Shown piece by piece: positions 34,896-43,114 of a stretch of 43,169 nt of DNA. The notes under the pieces were generated by a model that saw nothing but the letters and a program-made list of their open reading frames with translations, made no database searches and was not told where the DNA came from. How positions within the stretch are numbered: the first letter of the stretch is position 1; every line of letters starts with the position of its first letter. Position numbers and translations under genes: made by a program. Origin of the DNA: Ralstonia phage Claudette; sequence record MT740731.2, one strand, 5' to 3'.

Positions 34896-35459
34896 GTGGT
34901 CCAGGCGGTGGTGCTGCGCCGACATGAACGGCACGTCATCCTCGAACCCATCCGGCCCACGTCCGCCGCCGCTCTCGAATCCGTTGTCGCGCGGCTCGCG
35001 CTGCTGCGGAGCGCGCTGGCGCGCCGGGCCGCTGCCGCTGGCCTGCCGGTAGGCGGCGCCACCATCGCCATGCTGGCCTCGCGCGCTCTGGCCGCCGCCA
35101 TTGCCGCCGCTCTGGCGCTGCTGCTGGCCGCCGCGCTCATCGCCCTCATTGCCACCAGCGAATTCGAGATGCGCCACGCGCGCGACGAGGTTGTGGTAGG
35201 TCTTGCCGTTGTGCTCGCGCACCTCGATGTGCGGCTCGTCCAGGTGAACGAGGATCAGGCGGCCCTTCGTGAGCCACGTCCCCAACTTCTCTGCGCGCTC
35301 GCCCCAAAGCGACGCGCTGATCCACTGCGTCGGGCGGTTACCACCGGTGTCCTTCTTGCCGTAGTTGAATGCGAGGCTCATGTTGCCAACGGCATCGCCG
35401 TTCGGCGTGTAACGAACCTCCATGTCGGCGCCCAGCCGCGCCAGTCCGATCATCTGCAT
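34887..35459 (-). CDS. ssb: Single-stranded DNA-binding protein
   Basis: LARLGADMEVRYTPNGDAVGNMSLAFNYGKKDTGGNRPTQWISASLWGERAEKLGTWLTKGRLILVHL...; acidic C-term tract DGFEDDVPF. Confidence 0.93.
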   Translation of the reverse strand: MQMIGLARLGADMEVRYTPNGDAVGNMSLAFNYGKKDTGGNRPTQWISASLWGERAEKLGTWLTKGRLILVHLDEPHIEVREHNGKTYHNLVARVAHLEFAGGNEGDERGGQQQRQSGGNGGGQSARGQHGDGGAAYRQASGSGPARQRAPQQREPRDNGFESGGGRGPDGFEDDVPFMSAQHHRLDHAF

Positions 35460-35523
35460 AAAACCTCCTGTGTATGGTGCTGCACTGTGCGGAGAAAAGC
35501 CGCCTTGCTGGCGGCGTGGAAAT

Positions 35524-35613
35524 TGGCGGAAGGGGCGGGAGTCGAACCCGCACGCCCCTTTCGGGGCACTCGATTTTCAAGAACGGCGCCGGCGCCTATC
35601 GGCTGGCCCTTCC
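35524..35613 (-). tRNA. tRNA-Ser(UGA)-like, class II, CCA encoded
   Basis: GGAAGGG/CCCTTCC acceptor, loop CTTGAAA (UGA anticodon), variable arm GCCCC-GAAA-GGGGC, T arm GCGGG-TTCGACT-CCCGC, then GCCA; anticodon stem appears mismatched. Confidence 0.8.
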
Positions 35614-35620
35614 AGGTGAA

Positions 35621-35989
35621 TCAAACGGCCGCGCTGATCTCGCTCGCGGCACCGACCGCGCCCTTCAGCGCAGCCGAAATGCTGTCGGCCTTGGCCGCCG
35701 CTGCGCGCAGCCGCGCAACCTTCTCGGCGTCCTTGGAGATCGTGCCCAGCTCAATCAGGCTTGCGGCCTTCTCCTTGGTGCCGGCATCGACCGGCAGGCC
35801 CGCCACGTAGTGCAAGAAGATGAGGCGCTGGTACGGGAGGGGAATCGGGCTGCCCTCGCGCTCGTAGCGGCAACCACAGGATTGCGACAGGCCGATGCGA
35901 CTCCAGAACTCCGTCTGCTTCATCCCCAGCGATTTACGCAGCGCACGGGCTGATGGTCCGGTGACATCCAGCTCGGTCAACATATTCAT
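35621..35989 (-). CDS. HTH transcriptional regulator
   Basis: GPSARALRKSLGMKQTEFWSRIGLSQSCGCRYEREGSPIPLPYQRLIFLHYVAGLP. Confidence 0.8.
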   Translation of the reverse strand: MNMLTELDVTGPSARALRKSLGMKQTEFWSRIGLSQSCGCRYEREGSPIPLPYQRLIFLHYVAGLPVDAGTKEKAASLIELGTISKDAEKVARLRAAAAKADSISAALKGAVGAASEISAAV

Positions 35990-36275
35990 ATCGCTATCCT
36001 TTTCGAGAATCGTCTATGATCATGGTAATGAAATCGTAACACTTTCGCAACCAGAGTGGTTGCTTTTCCCTTCATGTGGTGTTGTATGCGAACCGCAATG
36101 AAGCGAAATGATGGGGAATTCTAGCCTCATTCAGCCCATGATGACCGATGCCGTTGTCGCCGCCGCACAACTGCATTGCACTTTTTGCGAACATTGAAGA
36201 AAAACGGTTTGATTTTCGTACCACTGGTGCTATTCTGCATGCACGCCGCATAGGGTGGCGCATGGAGATCATACT

Positions 36276-37304
36276 ATGAGCATTGAACGCGTGACGCTGA
36301 ACCCCGCCAACGAGGCCGAATGGCTGGCGATGCGGGCCGACGACCTGACCAGCACCGAGGCCGCCGCCCTGTTCGGCGCCTCGCCCTACGCCACCGAATA
36401 CGAGCTGTTCATGCGCAAGACCAAGCGCATCGTGGCGGAGTTCAAGGAGAACGAGCGGATGACCTGGGGCAAGCGCCTGGAAAGCGCCATCGCCGCCGGC
36501 ATCGCCGAGGACTACGGCCTGATCGTCGAACCGTTCAAGGCGTACATGCGCCTCCCGGCGCTGCGCATGGGCGCGTCGTTCGACTTCAAGATCGTCGGCA
36601 CGGTTGCCGGCCACCCGTCCAACGAAGCCCGCCGCATGTTCGAGCGCCACGGCGACGGCATCATGGAGATCAAGAACGTCGACGGCCTGCAATTCCGCCG
36701 CGCCTGGATTGACGACGGCGACGACATCGAGGCGCCGGCGCACATCGAATTCCAGGTGCAGCACCAACTTGAAGTCGCGGGCCTGGGCTGGTCGATGATC
36801 GCCCCGCTGGTCGGCGGCAACACGCCGAAGGTCTCGTTGCGCGAACGCGACACAGAAGTCGGCGCGCTGATCCGCGAGAAGGTGGCGCAGTTCTGGATGC
36901 GCGTCGACGCCGGCGCCGCGCCGCAGCCGGACTACACGCGCGATGGCGACACGATCAAGCAGCTCTACCGCGACAACGACGGCAGCAGCGTCGACCTGTC
37001 CGACGAGCCGCGCCTTGCCGAGCTGTGTGCAGCGTACAAGGCCGCCGGCGCCGAGGAGAAAGCGGCCGAGGGCCGGAAGAAGGCGGCGCAGGCCGAGATC
37101 ATCGCTATCATCGAGCACGCCAAGAGCATCCGCGCCAATGGCTTCAACATCTCGGCGGGCACCAACAAGGAGAGCTACCGCGTCTACGATCGCGCTGCCA
37201 GCAAGCGCTACACCATCAGCGTGAGCGACATCCCGGCCACGACGATCGAGGCCACGGTGCCGCCGTTTCGCAACGTCAGGATTACCCCGGACAAAGCAGC
37301 ATGA
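36276..37304 (+). CDS. YqaJ-type viral recombinase/exonuclease
   Basis: EWLAMRADDLTSTEAAALFGASPYATEYELFMRKT...GASFDFKI...GIMEIKNVDG...EFQVQHQLEVAG; adjacent to recT. Confidence 0.85.
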   Translation: MSIERVTLNPANEAEWLAMRADDLTSTEAAALFGASPYATEYELFMRKTKRIVAEFKENERMTWGKRLESAIAAGIAEDYGLIVEPFKAYMRLPALRMGASFDFKIVGTVAGHPSNEARRMFERHGDGIMEIKNVDGLQFRRAWIDDGDDIEAPAHIEFQVQHQLEVAGLGWSMIAPLVGGNTPKVSLRERDTEVGALIREKVAQFWMRVDAGAAPQPDYTRDGDTIKQLYRDNDGSSVDLSDEPRLAELCAAYKAAGAEEKAAEGRKKAAQAEIIAIIEHAKSIRANGFNISAGTNKESYRVYDRAASKRYTISVSDIPATTIEATVPPFRNVRITPDKAA

Positions 37305-37753
37305 GCACCATACTTGAGCGCTTCGAGGCAAAGTTCGATCCGTGCCCAACGACAGGGTGCTACCTGTGGACGGCAGCCATTGATGATAAGGGTTACGGAC
37401 GCCTCTACACCGGAGTCAATGACAACGGGAACCCAAAGGCAGAGCAAGCGCACCGCGTAGCGTATCGCCTGTTCGTTGGGCCAATCCCTGCCGGGATGGA
37501 GGTTTGCCACCACTGCGACACTCCGGCCTGCGTGAACCCGTCCCACCTGTTTGTTGGCACGCACAACGACAACATGGCGGACAGGGACGCCAAGGGAAGA
37601 GCCATCGCTGGGCAGTCACACAAGACGCACTGTCCTCGTGGCCACGCCTATAGCGGGGACAACCTGTACACCCATAAGGGAAGCAGGAAGTGCAAGGCAT
37701 GCAACGCGTTGCGTACCGCAAACTGGCGCGAACGAAACAAGCAAGCGGCGTGA
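37301..37753 (+). CDS. HNH endonuclease
   Basis: MSTILERFEAKFDPCPTTGCYLWTAAIDDKGYGRLYTG...HRVAYRLFVGPIPAGMEVCHHCDTPACVNPSHLFVGTHNDNMADRDAKGR; ATGA overlap with exonuclease stop. Confidence 0.9.
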   Translation: MSTILERFEAKFDPCPTTGCYLWTAAIDDKGYGRLYTGVNDNGNPKAEQAHRVAYRLFVGPIPAGMEVCHHCDTPACVNPSHLFVGTHNDNMADRDAKGRAIAGQSHKTHCPRGHAYSGDNLYTHKGSRKCKACNALRTANWRERNKQAA

Positions 37754-37791
37754 GCCGCACCATCCCGCACCATACCGAGTGAGCGATCATC

Positions 37792-38748
37792 ATGACCGAC
37801 CCGAACCAACAGCAGCAGCCGATGACCGAGGCCGATTGGCGCCGGCAGGAGCTTGCCCACATCCGCAACACCCTGGAGAAGCAGAAGGGCGAGATCGCCA
37901 AGGCCCTGCCGGAGGATATCCCGGCGGAGCGATTCATCCGCACGGCACTGACCGCCGTGCAGGTGAACCCCGATCTGCTCGACGCTGACCGCCAATCCCT
38001 GTTCGTCGCCTGCATGAAGGCCGCACAGGACGGCCTCCTGCCGGACGCCCGCGAGGCAGTGCTGAACGTCTACTCCACCAAGACCAAGGTGTGGGAAGGC
38101 AATCGGCAGGTCGATAAGTGGGTGCCGACCGTTCAGTACCTGCCCATGGTGCGCGGCCTGCTGAAGTTGATCCGAAACTCCGGCGAGATCAGCCACGTCG
38201 ACGCCGCTGCCGTGTACGAGCGCGACCTGTTCCGCTTCGTGCGCGGCGACGATCCGCGCTTGGAGCACGAGCCGTACCTGGGCGAGGACGACCCCGGCAA
38301 GATCATCGCGGCCTACATCGTCGTGCGCTTCACCAACGGCGAAGTGCACCGCGAGGTCATGCCGCGCCGTGACATCGAGAAGGTGCGCGGCGCGTCCAAG
38401 TCCGGCGACGGCGCCAACAGCCCGTGGACGAAGTGGTACGACCAGATGGCGATCAAGTCCGTCATCAAGCGCGCCGCCAAGCTCCTGCCCAACAGCTCGA
38501 AGCGCCTGGAGAGCGCGATCGGCCACGACAACGAGGACTATGAGGGCTTCAATCAGCGCGGCGAAGTGCTCGACCTGGGCGCTACGGCGGCCGTGGCGGG
38601 CACAGCGCCGGCAGCCCTGACGGACGGCCGCGCCGAGCAAGAAGCGCGCCGCCCTTCCCGCTTCGGCGGCATCGTCAACAAGGCCAAGCAGGAAGTAGCG
38701 CGCCAGCCGGCCGCCGACGCCCAGGCCATGGCCCAGGCAGCGGAGTGA
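37792..38748 (+). CDS. recT: RecT-family single-strand annealing protein
   Basis: PAERFIRTALTAVQVNPDLLDADRQSLFVACMKAAQDGLLPDAREAVLNVY...VQYLPMVRGLLKLIRNSGEI...SPWTKWYDQMAIKSVIKRAAKLLP. Confidence 0.93.
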   Translation: MTDPNQQQQPMTEADWRRQELAHIRNTLEKQKGEIAKALPEDIPAERFIRTALTAVQVNPDLLDADRQSLFVACMKAAQDGLLPDAREAVLNVYSTKTKVWEGNRQVDKWVPTVQYLPMVRGLLKLIRNSGEISHVDAAAVYERDLFRFVRGDDPRLEHEPYLGEDDPGKIIAAYIVVRFTNGEVHREVMPRRDIEKVRGASKSGDGANSPWTKWYDQMAIKSVIKRAAKLLPNSSKRLESAIGHDNEDYEGFNQRGEVLDLGATAAVAGTAPAALTDGRAEQEARRPSRFGGIVNKAKQEVARQPAADAQAMAQAAE

Positions 38749-38981
38749 CGGGCATGGCGAACCACCTGACCGAAGCCGACCTTGCCACGCGTTTCGACGT
38801 GACGGAGCGCACGATCCAGAAGTGGCGGCGCCAGAAGATCGGCCCCGCCTGGATCGTGATCGGAAAGAACACCATCCGCTACCGCGAGGAGGACGTGCGC
38901 TCATACGAGGAGCGCTGCCTCCAGGGCAGCACGGCGCCGGCGGGCGCCACTGATGCGGCCGGCGAGAACGCCGCCGCCTGA
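38745..38981 (+). CDS. Excisionase/helix-turn-helix-like protein
   Basis: HLTEADLATRFDVTERTIQKWRRQKIGPAWIVIGKNTIRYREEDVRSYEE. Confidence 0.75.
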   Translation: MTGMANHLTEADLATRFDVTERTIQKWRRQKIGPAWIVIGKNTIRYREEDVRSYEERCLQGSTAPAGATDAAGENAAA

Positions 38982-39020
38982 CCAATCCCTTTCTCCACCA
39001 CCACAGCACAAGGGACTACC

Positions 39021-40286
39021 ATGACCAAGAAGAACGCCCAGGCCGCCGAGCAAACGGCCGTGACGACCATCTCCAGCCTGCCGCCGGCCGAGCGTGCCGT
39101 GATCGTGCTGGACTCCACCAAGACCGAGACGCACCTGCGCGAGCTGGTCGCCAAGTCGGCCGCGATCACCACCGTGGTCGACGCTAACGGACGCGAAGAA
39201 GCGCACCGCGCAGGCATGAACCTGAAGAATGCCCGCATCACCATCACCAAGACTGGCAAGGCCGCGCGCGAGGATGCCACGGCGTTCTGCTCCGCCGTGA
39301 TCGCCGAGGAGAAGCGCCTGCTCGGCATCACCGAGGCGGAGGAGGAACGAATATTCGGCCTGCGCGACGACTACGATGCAAAGATCGAGGCGGAAAAGGA
39401 GGAGCGCGCACGCGCCGAACGTGAGCGCGTGGCGGGCATCCAGGCCAAGATCAACGACATCCGGGCACTGCCAATGCAGTCGGCCAGCGACACCGCCGAG
39501 CAACTGCAAGCCACCTATGACGACCTGCAAGGCTTCACGCCCACCGAGGATGTTTTCGCCGAGTTCGTGGCCGAGGCCACACTGGCGCGCGACAACGCCC
39601 TGGGCATCCTGAGCACGCTCCTGGAGTCGGCCAAGACCCGCGAGGCGGAAGCCGCACGGCTCGCCGCCGAGCGCGCCGCCCAGGAGGAGGAAGCTCGCCG
39701 CATGGCCGAGCAACGCGCGGAGCTGGAGCGCCAGCAGCGCGAATTGGCCGAGCAACAGGCCGCGATCGCGCGCCAGCAGGAGGCCATGCAGGAGAAGGCG
39801 CTGGCGATCAGCACGGCAGGCGCACTCGCGGCAGTCGCTCCGGGCGTGGTGGACGTGAACGACCTGTTTGCCGCCGCTGGCGTCGATGAGAGCGGCGCCC
39901 AGGTCGTCATCACGTGCGCGCCAGACGCCTCGCCTGAAGTACGGGCGTTCGTCGACATGGGCGGCGGCGATGAAACCGTGATCGCCATGGCCCACCGCAG
40001 CGGCTCCGTCATTACGATCGTGGATGCGCCGGCCATGCCGCCCGAGGACATGGCGCCGGCCGGCTACTGGTGCAACGGCGAGTATTGGGGCAAGACGCCG
40101 GACGGTGACGGCAAGGCGGCGGAGTTCGTCGGCCAGGAGCTGAAGCTGACGCCGTTCTGGACGCACGGCCGCGACGTCACGTTCGTGGTCGACGGCGAGG
40201 CCGGCACCGGCCGCGCCATCATGACGCCAGCCACGCCGCAGGATGCCGCCGACCTGTTCCGCTCCAGCCTGGATGCCGGCCAGTGA
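39021..40286 (+). CDS. Coiled-coil phage early protein
   Basis: 421 aa with EAARLAAERAAQEEEARRMAEQRAELERQQRELAEQQ; coupled to next gene. Confidence 0.6.
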   Translation: MTKKNAQAAEQTAVTTISSLPPAERAVIVLDSTKTETHLRELVAKSAAITTVVDANGREEAHRAGMNLKNARITITKTGKAAREDATAFCSAVIAEEKRLLGITEAEEERIFGLRDDYDAKIEAEKEERARAERERVAGIQAKINDIRALPMQSASDTAEQLQATYDDLQGFTPTEDVFAEFVAEATLARDNALGILSTLLESAKTREAEAARLAAERAAQEEEARRMAEQRAELERQQRELAEQQAAIARQQEAMQEKALAISTAGALAAVAPGVVDVNDLFAAAGVDESGAQVVITCAPDASPEVRAFVDMGGGDETVIAMAHRSGSVITIVDAPAMPPEDMAPAGYWCNGEYWGKTPDGDGKAAEFVGQELKLTPFWTHGRDVTFVVDGEAGTGRAIMTPATPQDAADLFRSSLDAGQ

Positions 40287-40645
40287 GCGACAGGTCAATG
40301 CAGACGGCTTTCCTGCTGATGGCGCAGTACAGCGGGAAGGCCGTCATCCCACTCGACGACCTGCGCCGCGAGGGCGTGTCGCACCTGTTCGAGACGGGGT
40401 TGGACATCCCGCAGGTGACGCGGGTGAGTGCGCACAAAAACTGGAACGTGCTGCGCCGCTACACGAGGCTGAAGGGGACCGGCGACATCTACGACGGCTG
40501 GAAGTGGCTCGACATTGCCATCTGCATCGAGCCTGCCAAGCCGCGCCGGCGTGGCAAAGAGCTGAAGCGCCGAGGGCCGAGCGACAACAGCGCCGCCCTT
40601 GCTGCCCAGGCAGCGGCGCGCAGAGAGCGCCGTGCCGTCCGCTAG
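40283..40645 (+). CDS. Chimera: PrtN-like N-terminus joined to tyrosine-integrase-like C-terminus
   Basis: MQTAFLLMAQYSGKAVIPL (PrtN-like) followed by DDLRREGVSHLFETGLDIPQVTRVSAHKNWNVLRRYTRL (integrase C-terminal pattern). Confidence 0.6.
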   Translation: MSDRSMQTAFLLMAQYSGKAVIPLDDLRREGVSHLFETGLDIPQVTRVSAHKNWNVLRRYTRLKGTGDIYDGWKWLDIAICIEPAKPRRRGKELKRRGPSDNSAALAAQAAARRERRAVR

Positions 40646-41181
40646 TTGCGTGGCGCCAAACAGACTCGTCGCACGTAGTCCTGCAAGGCGGTCAGTTCGC
40701 GGATGGCGTCGTCGCCGTCGTCGGTGATTCCGACCATTCGCTCCGCAACCGCAGGGTCAAGTTCGGCTCGCGCGCCTTCATCGTCCACGCGGGCGGCGGG
40801 GGCGGCTCCGGGCACTTTGCTGCTACCGGCAGCGGCGGGGCACTTGGCAGCGACGAACACGCGGCGAGCACCAGTGCGCAGCTCGTCAGCAAGACGAGCA
40901 TTTTCAGCTTTGACACGATCGTTCTCCTGTTGTCGGGCGTCGATCTCGGCGGTGGCCTTCTCTGCCCGGTCTTTCCAATCCAGCGCCTCGCGGGCCTGCT
41001 CGGCGCCCTTCGCGGCGATCTCGCCCAACTTCTCAGCGTGCACGCGCTTCAGCTCTGCGATCTGCACATCGTACCGGTTGGCCTGGATCGCCCAGGCGCC
41101 CCAGGCGGCCAGGATCGCGGCGACCAGCGCGCCGGCGCCGGCGGCAATGGCGTAGCCCTTCCAGTTGATCAGGTTCATCAT
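40642..41181 (-). CDS. Rz-like i-spanin
   Basis: N-terminal TM YAIAAGAGALVAAILAAWGAWAIQANRYDVQIAELKRVHAEKL plus coiled coil; downstream lysis cassette. Confidence 0.8.
   Translation of the reverse strand: MMNLINWKGYAIAAGAGALVAAILAAWGAWAIQANRYDVQIAELKRVHAEKLGEIAAKGAEQAREALDWKDRAEKATAEIDARQQENDRVKAENARLADELRTGARRVFVAAKCPAAAGSSKVPGAAPAARVDDEGARAELDPAVAERMVGITDDGDDAIRELTALQDYVRRVCLAPRN
40692..40916 (-). CDS. Rz1-like o-spanin lipoprotein embedded in Rz
   Basis: MSKLKMLVLLTSCALVLAACSSLPSAPPLP: signal peptide, LAAC lipobox, Pro-rich, alternative frame in the Rz gene. Confidence 0.85.
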   Translation of the reverse strand: MSKLKMLVLLTSCALVLAACSSLPSAPPLPVAAKCPEPPPPPAWTMKAREPNLTLRLRSEWSESPTTATTPSAN

Positions 41182-41606
41182 CCGCCCTTGTACAGTGACG
41201 GAGGCAGTTGCGGCAGGTACGGCACGCCCTGCGGGCGGCGCGTCGGGGATTCCGCTTTCGGCGCGGTCGCGGCGCGCTCGGCCGTCGTGGCGGCGTGCTG
41301 CGACGCGCGGGCCGCCTGCGCCACCTGACTAGCGAGATAGTCAAGGCGCGCGTCGCGCTCGGCCATGGCCGCCTCGTAGGCGGCGCGCAGATGGTCCAGG
41401 TCTTGCTGGTGCTGCGCTCGCGTGGCAGCCAGCTCGACGTTGTTCTGCAAGTCGCCGAGGTAGTAGCCAACCGATCCGCTGCTGACCGCCAGCAGCATGA
41501 TCAGCGACCACACCGTGATCTCGTTGAACGACCGCCGGTGCGCGGCGTAGAAGCGCTCAAGATTGCTCTTGAGGCGCAGCAGCTTGGGGATTTGCATATT
41601 GCTCAA
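41178..41606 (-). CDS. TM/coiled-coil phage protein in lysis region
   Basis: ITVWSLIMLLAVSSGSVGYYLGDLQNNVELAATRAQHQQD. Confidence 0.6.
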   Translation of the reverse strand: MSNMQIPKLLRLKSNLERFYAAHRRSFNEITVWSLIMLLAVSSGSVGYYLGDLQNNVELAATRAQHQQDLDHLRAAYEAAMAERDARLDYLASQVAQAARASQHAATTAERAATAPKAESPTRRPQGVPYLPQLPPSLYKGG

Positions 41607-41937
41607 CCTTGCTGTTCAGCAGCGCGACCTGCATGGTCAGCGCCGCGATCTGCCCTTTCAGCTCGCCGATCTGCATGATCGCTTCGTTTCGCTCCTTGGC
41701 GAACATGTCGGCACGCGTTTCGGCCTCGCGTCGCGCCTTGCGCTCCTCGTCCAGGAGGTCGTTCAGGCGCTTGATGGCGCCGATGTCGGCGGCGTCGCCA
41801 GCACGATCGACCGCATCGCGGGACAGGTACTTGCGCAGCATGACGAACGCGGCGACCACCGCGCCAGCAGCGCCGCCGATCAACCCCCACAGTTGGCTAT
41901 CCGGCGGATTCATCTCTGTCCATGTCGTCGTGTTCAT
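41557..41937 (-). CDS. TM/coiled-coil phage protein in lysis region
   Basis: LWGLIGGAAGAVVAAFVMLRKYLSRDAVDRAGDAAD... Confidence 0.65.
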   Translation of the reverse strand: MNTTTWTEMNPPDSQLWGLIGGAAGAVVAAFVMLRKYLSRDAVDRAGDAADIGAIKRLNDLLDEERKARREAETRADMFAKERNEAIMQIGELKGQIAALTMQVALLNSKVEQYANPQAAAPQEQS

Positions 41938-42029
41938 GTGCCACCCTCGTCGTTGACCGTTGCATCACCACCCCAGGAAGAAGGGGCGTGATGATCGGCC
42001 GAGGACCGTGAGGCATGGGCGGGCGATCT

Positions 42030-42260
42030 TCACTGCGGGTCGGTGCCGTCGACGCCGGCCCGGAGCGCCGGCTGCTGCACCACGCGCGACACCGCCGAAG
42101 CGATGCCGCACAGCGTCGAGAGCGACGCAAACACGTGAGGCGGCACGATGTCCTGCCACAGCGGCAGGGATGCCTCGGCCGCCGCGAGCATGGCGCTCAA
42201 CAGAGCAAAGCGGATCGACCAGAGCTTGTGCCACTGGCCGGCGTTTTCGATGAGGTTCAT
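42030..42260 (-). CDS. Holin-like small membrane protein
   Basis: WHKLWSIRFALLSAMLAAAEASLPLWQDIVPPHVFASLSTLCGIASAVSRVVQQ beside endolysin. Confidence 0.7.
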   Translation of the reverse strand: MNLIENAGQWHKLWSIRFALLSAMLAAAEASLPLWQDIVPPHVFASLSTLCGIASAVSRVVQQPALRAGVDGTDPQ

Positions 42261-42865
42261 GCGGCTCCCGTTTGGCTGTGACGCGCGTATGCTTCGGCGA
42301 GTTTGGTGTCGTACTTATTGGTTGCGTACCCCGGCCCGTTGTAGCCGCGCGCGAAGTCCGGCCAGTTCTTGGCACGGAGCGCGCGCAGCAGGTTCGGGCT
42401 GGCCTTCACGAAGGCGACGAACGCGTCGAGCTGCGCGCCCTCGCTCGTGTACATGGCGTTGACGAACGCCTGCACCGACGCGAAGCCCAGCAGCTTCCAG
42501 TGAAATCCCATGATCTGGAACAGGCCCCAACTCGCCGATTCCAGTGCCGCCGGCCGGTTGATCTCGATCGCACGTGCCAGACGATCCCATTCGCCAGCAC
42601 CACCGACGTAGCCTCCGGGCTTCGAGTTGACGATGTTAGGGTCGGTCAGGTTGTAGCGCGCGGCATCCATCGCGTGACCTGCCGCGACGAGCTGGCGCCG
42701 CATGATGTGGCGCTCGAACAAGATCAGTGGGCGGCCATCCGGCAGGAAGCCCTTGCCGTTGCTCTCCACCTCCGTCACCGCCTTTACGGCAGCGACCGGC
42801 ACGCCTAGCGCGGTAGCCGCGCGGGCATAGTCGTCGGCGGTGAGTTGCTTGCTAGTTTGGGGCAT
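42257..42865 (-). CDS. Endolysin, N-acetylmuramidase type
   Basis: VKAVTEVESNGKGFLPDGRPLILFERHIMRRQL...ALESASWGLFQIMGFHWKLLGF...LRALRAKNWPDFARGYNGPGYATNKYDTKLAEAY. Confidence 0.92.
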   Translation of the reverse strand: MPQTSKQLTADDYARAATALGVPVAAVKAVTEVESNGKGFLPDGRPLILFERHIMRRQLVAAGHAMDAARYNLTDPNIVNSKPGGYVGGAGEWDRLARAIEINRPAALESASWGLFQIMGFHWKLLGFASVQAFVNAMYTSEGAQLDAFVAFVKASPNLLRALRAKNWPDFARGYNGPGYATNKYDTKLAEAYARHSQTGAA

Positions 42866-42894
42866 TGACAAAATCTCCTGCTTCGGCTGGTCCG

Positions 42895-42923
42895 ATTTTA
42901 TTACCGAAGCAACGATTTTCAAA
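42895..42923 (-). promoter_or_regulatory. sigma70-like promoter for lysis cassette
   Basis: - strand TTTGAA-N17-TAAAAT; -10 region and flanks identical to the capsid promoter. Confidence 0.55.
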
Positions 42924-43114
42924 CCGCTATCTGCACAGGCATGCGCAAAATCGCATCGCACCGATCCGCACCAATCCTATGTTGATAGCGAGCGCGCCCG
43001 ATTCATTGCGGCGCGCATCGGAGGAATCATGGCGAACACCAAACCACGGCGCGGCGATCGTGCGCGGCGCGCGGCGACCAAGACAACGGCCGCCAAGGAT
43101 GAAGCGCCCTGTTG

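Noticed and set aside
36072-40298. 425-, 453- and 465-aa - strand ORFs
   Set aside because: Antisense shadows of the exonuclease, recT and coiled-coil genes.
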